A stretch of DNA of 64,000 nt from Candidatus Limnocylindria bacterium (lineage in GTDB: Bacteria > Chloroflexota > Limnocylindria > QHBO01), in assembly GCA_036262075.1 (NCBI GenBank), contig DATAJO010000040.1, positions 2,807-66,806 on the forward strand. The letters are read 5' to 3'. The notes under the pieces are model-generated. The model was not told where the DNA came from, made no database searches, and saw only the letters and a program-made list of their open reading frames with translations. Both the position numbers and the translations under genes were made by a program. Within the stretch, counting starts at the first letter, position 1. Each line of letters begins with the position of its first letter. This document shows positions 63,863-64,000 of the stretch, piece by piece.

Positions 63863-64000
63863 CCGTACTTGGGGGTCCGGACACCGAATCCGGCGCGATC
63901 TATTGACACCTTCATCCTCCGTGGCGCAAGGTACGGCCCGCGACGGTAGCCTCTGGGACCATCGGGCCATTTCGACCCGGGGGGAGAGCCCATACGCTCC

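Overview
The window is a ~70% GC bacterial chromosomal segment with dense coding on both strands. The annotated ORF track contains many long antisense shadow ORFs, which are rejected below.

Gene content in order:
- 1-3.0 kb: a small restriction-modification-type island. It holds a Vsr-like endonuclease fragment, a Dcm-type C5-cytosine methyltransferase, a candidate restriction endonuclease, and a divergent HEPN-like/zinc-ribbon protein.
- 3.1-6.4 kb: a ~1100-aa STAND ATPase with TPR and C-terminal wHTH/BTAD domains (SARP-like regulator).
- 6.8-10.2 kb: a c-di-GMP module (7TM-HD-GYP phosphodiesterase plus a DUF5317-like::MFS fusion).
- 10.2-10.8 kb: two tiny overlapping membrane ORFs.
- 10.9-12.4 kb: a sigma-54-dependent NtrC-family activator.
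- 12.7-17.7 kb: a Liv-type ABC importer with a LivM::LivG fusion.
- 17.7-27.8 kb: a divergently organised catabolic/housekeeping block. It encodes an XRE-cupin regulator, an SDR, a bicupin, an M24 peptidase, TPP-dependent E1 alpha/beta subunits, a HIBADH-like dehydrogenase, an amidohydrolase, a YtxH protein, Pcm and YggT.
- 27.8-39.0 kb: a minus-strand block. It encodes a GT4 glycosyltransferase, an HTH-DUF559 protein, a lipoprotein metallophosphoesterase, metE-metF, and a REC-HD-GYP response regulator with a 7TM hybrid histidine kinase.
- 39.6-40.7 kb: two hypothetical membrane proteins.
- 41.1-43.6 kb: an FAD-dependent oxidoreductase and a PQQ-type sugar dehydrogenase.
- 43.6-62.1 kb: a large envelope-glycoconjugate cluster. 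It holds an O-antigen-ligase-like protein, four GT87/DUF2029-like glycosyltransferases, four membrane alkaline-phosphatase-superfamily paralogs, other GT-C-like proteins and a DegS/DegU-like two-component system.
- 62.4-63.6 kb: an SLH-domain secreted protein with promoter, long leader and terminator.

Most notable unexplained structure: a family of ~170-200 bp GC-rich repeat units (8 conserved-core copies) packed into five intergenic loci between 29.1 and 39.6 kb. Two of these loci donate an identical 5' leader, a GTG start and the first ~15 codons to two unrelated genes. The second notable structure is the iterated, translationally coupled GT87 + membrane-phosphatase-like gene pairs.

Sigma-54 activator, SLH domains and DUF5317 together argue against a typical actinobacterium despite the GC content (inference). 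No rRNA, tRNA or CRISPR was recognised by eye.
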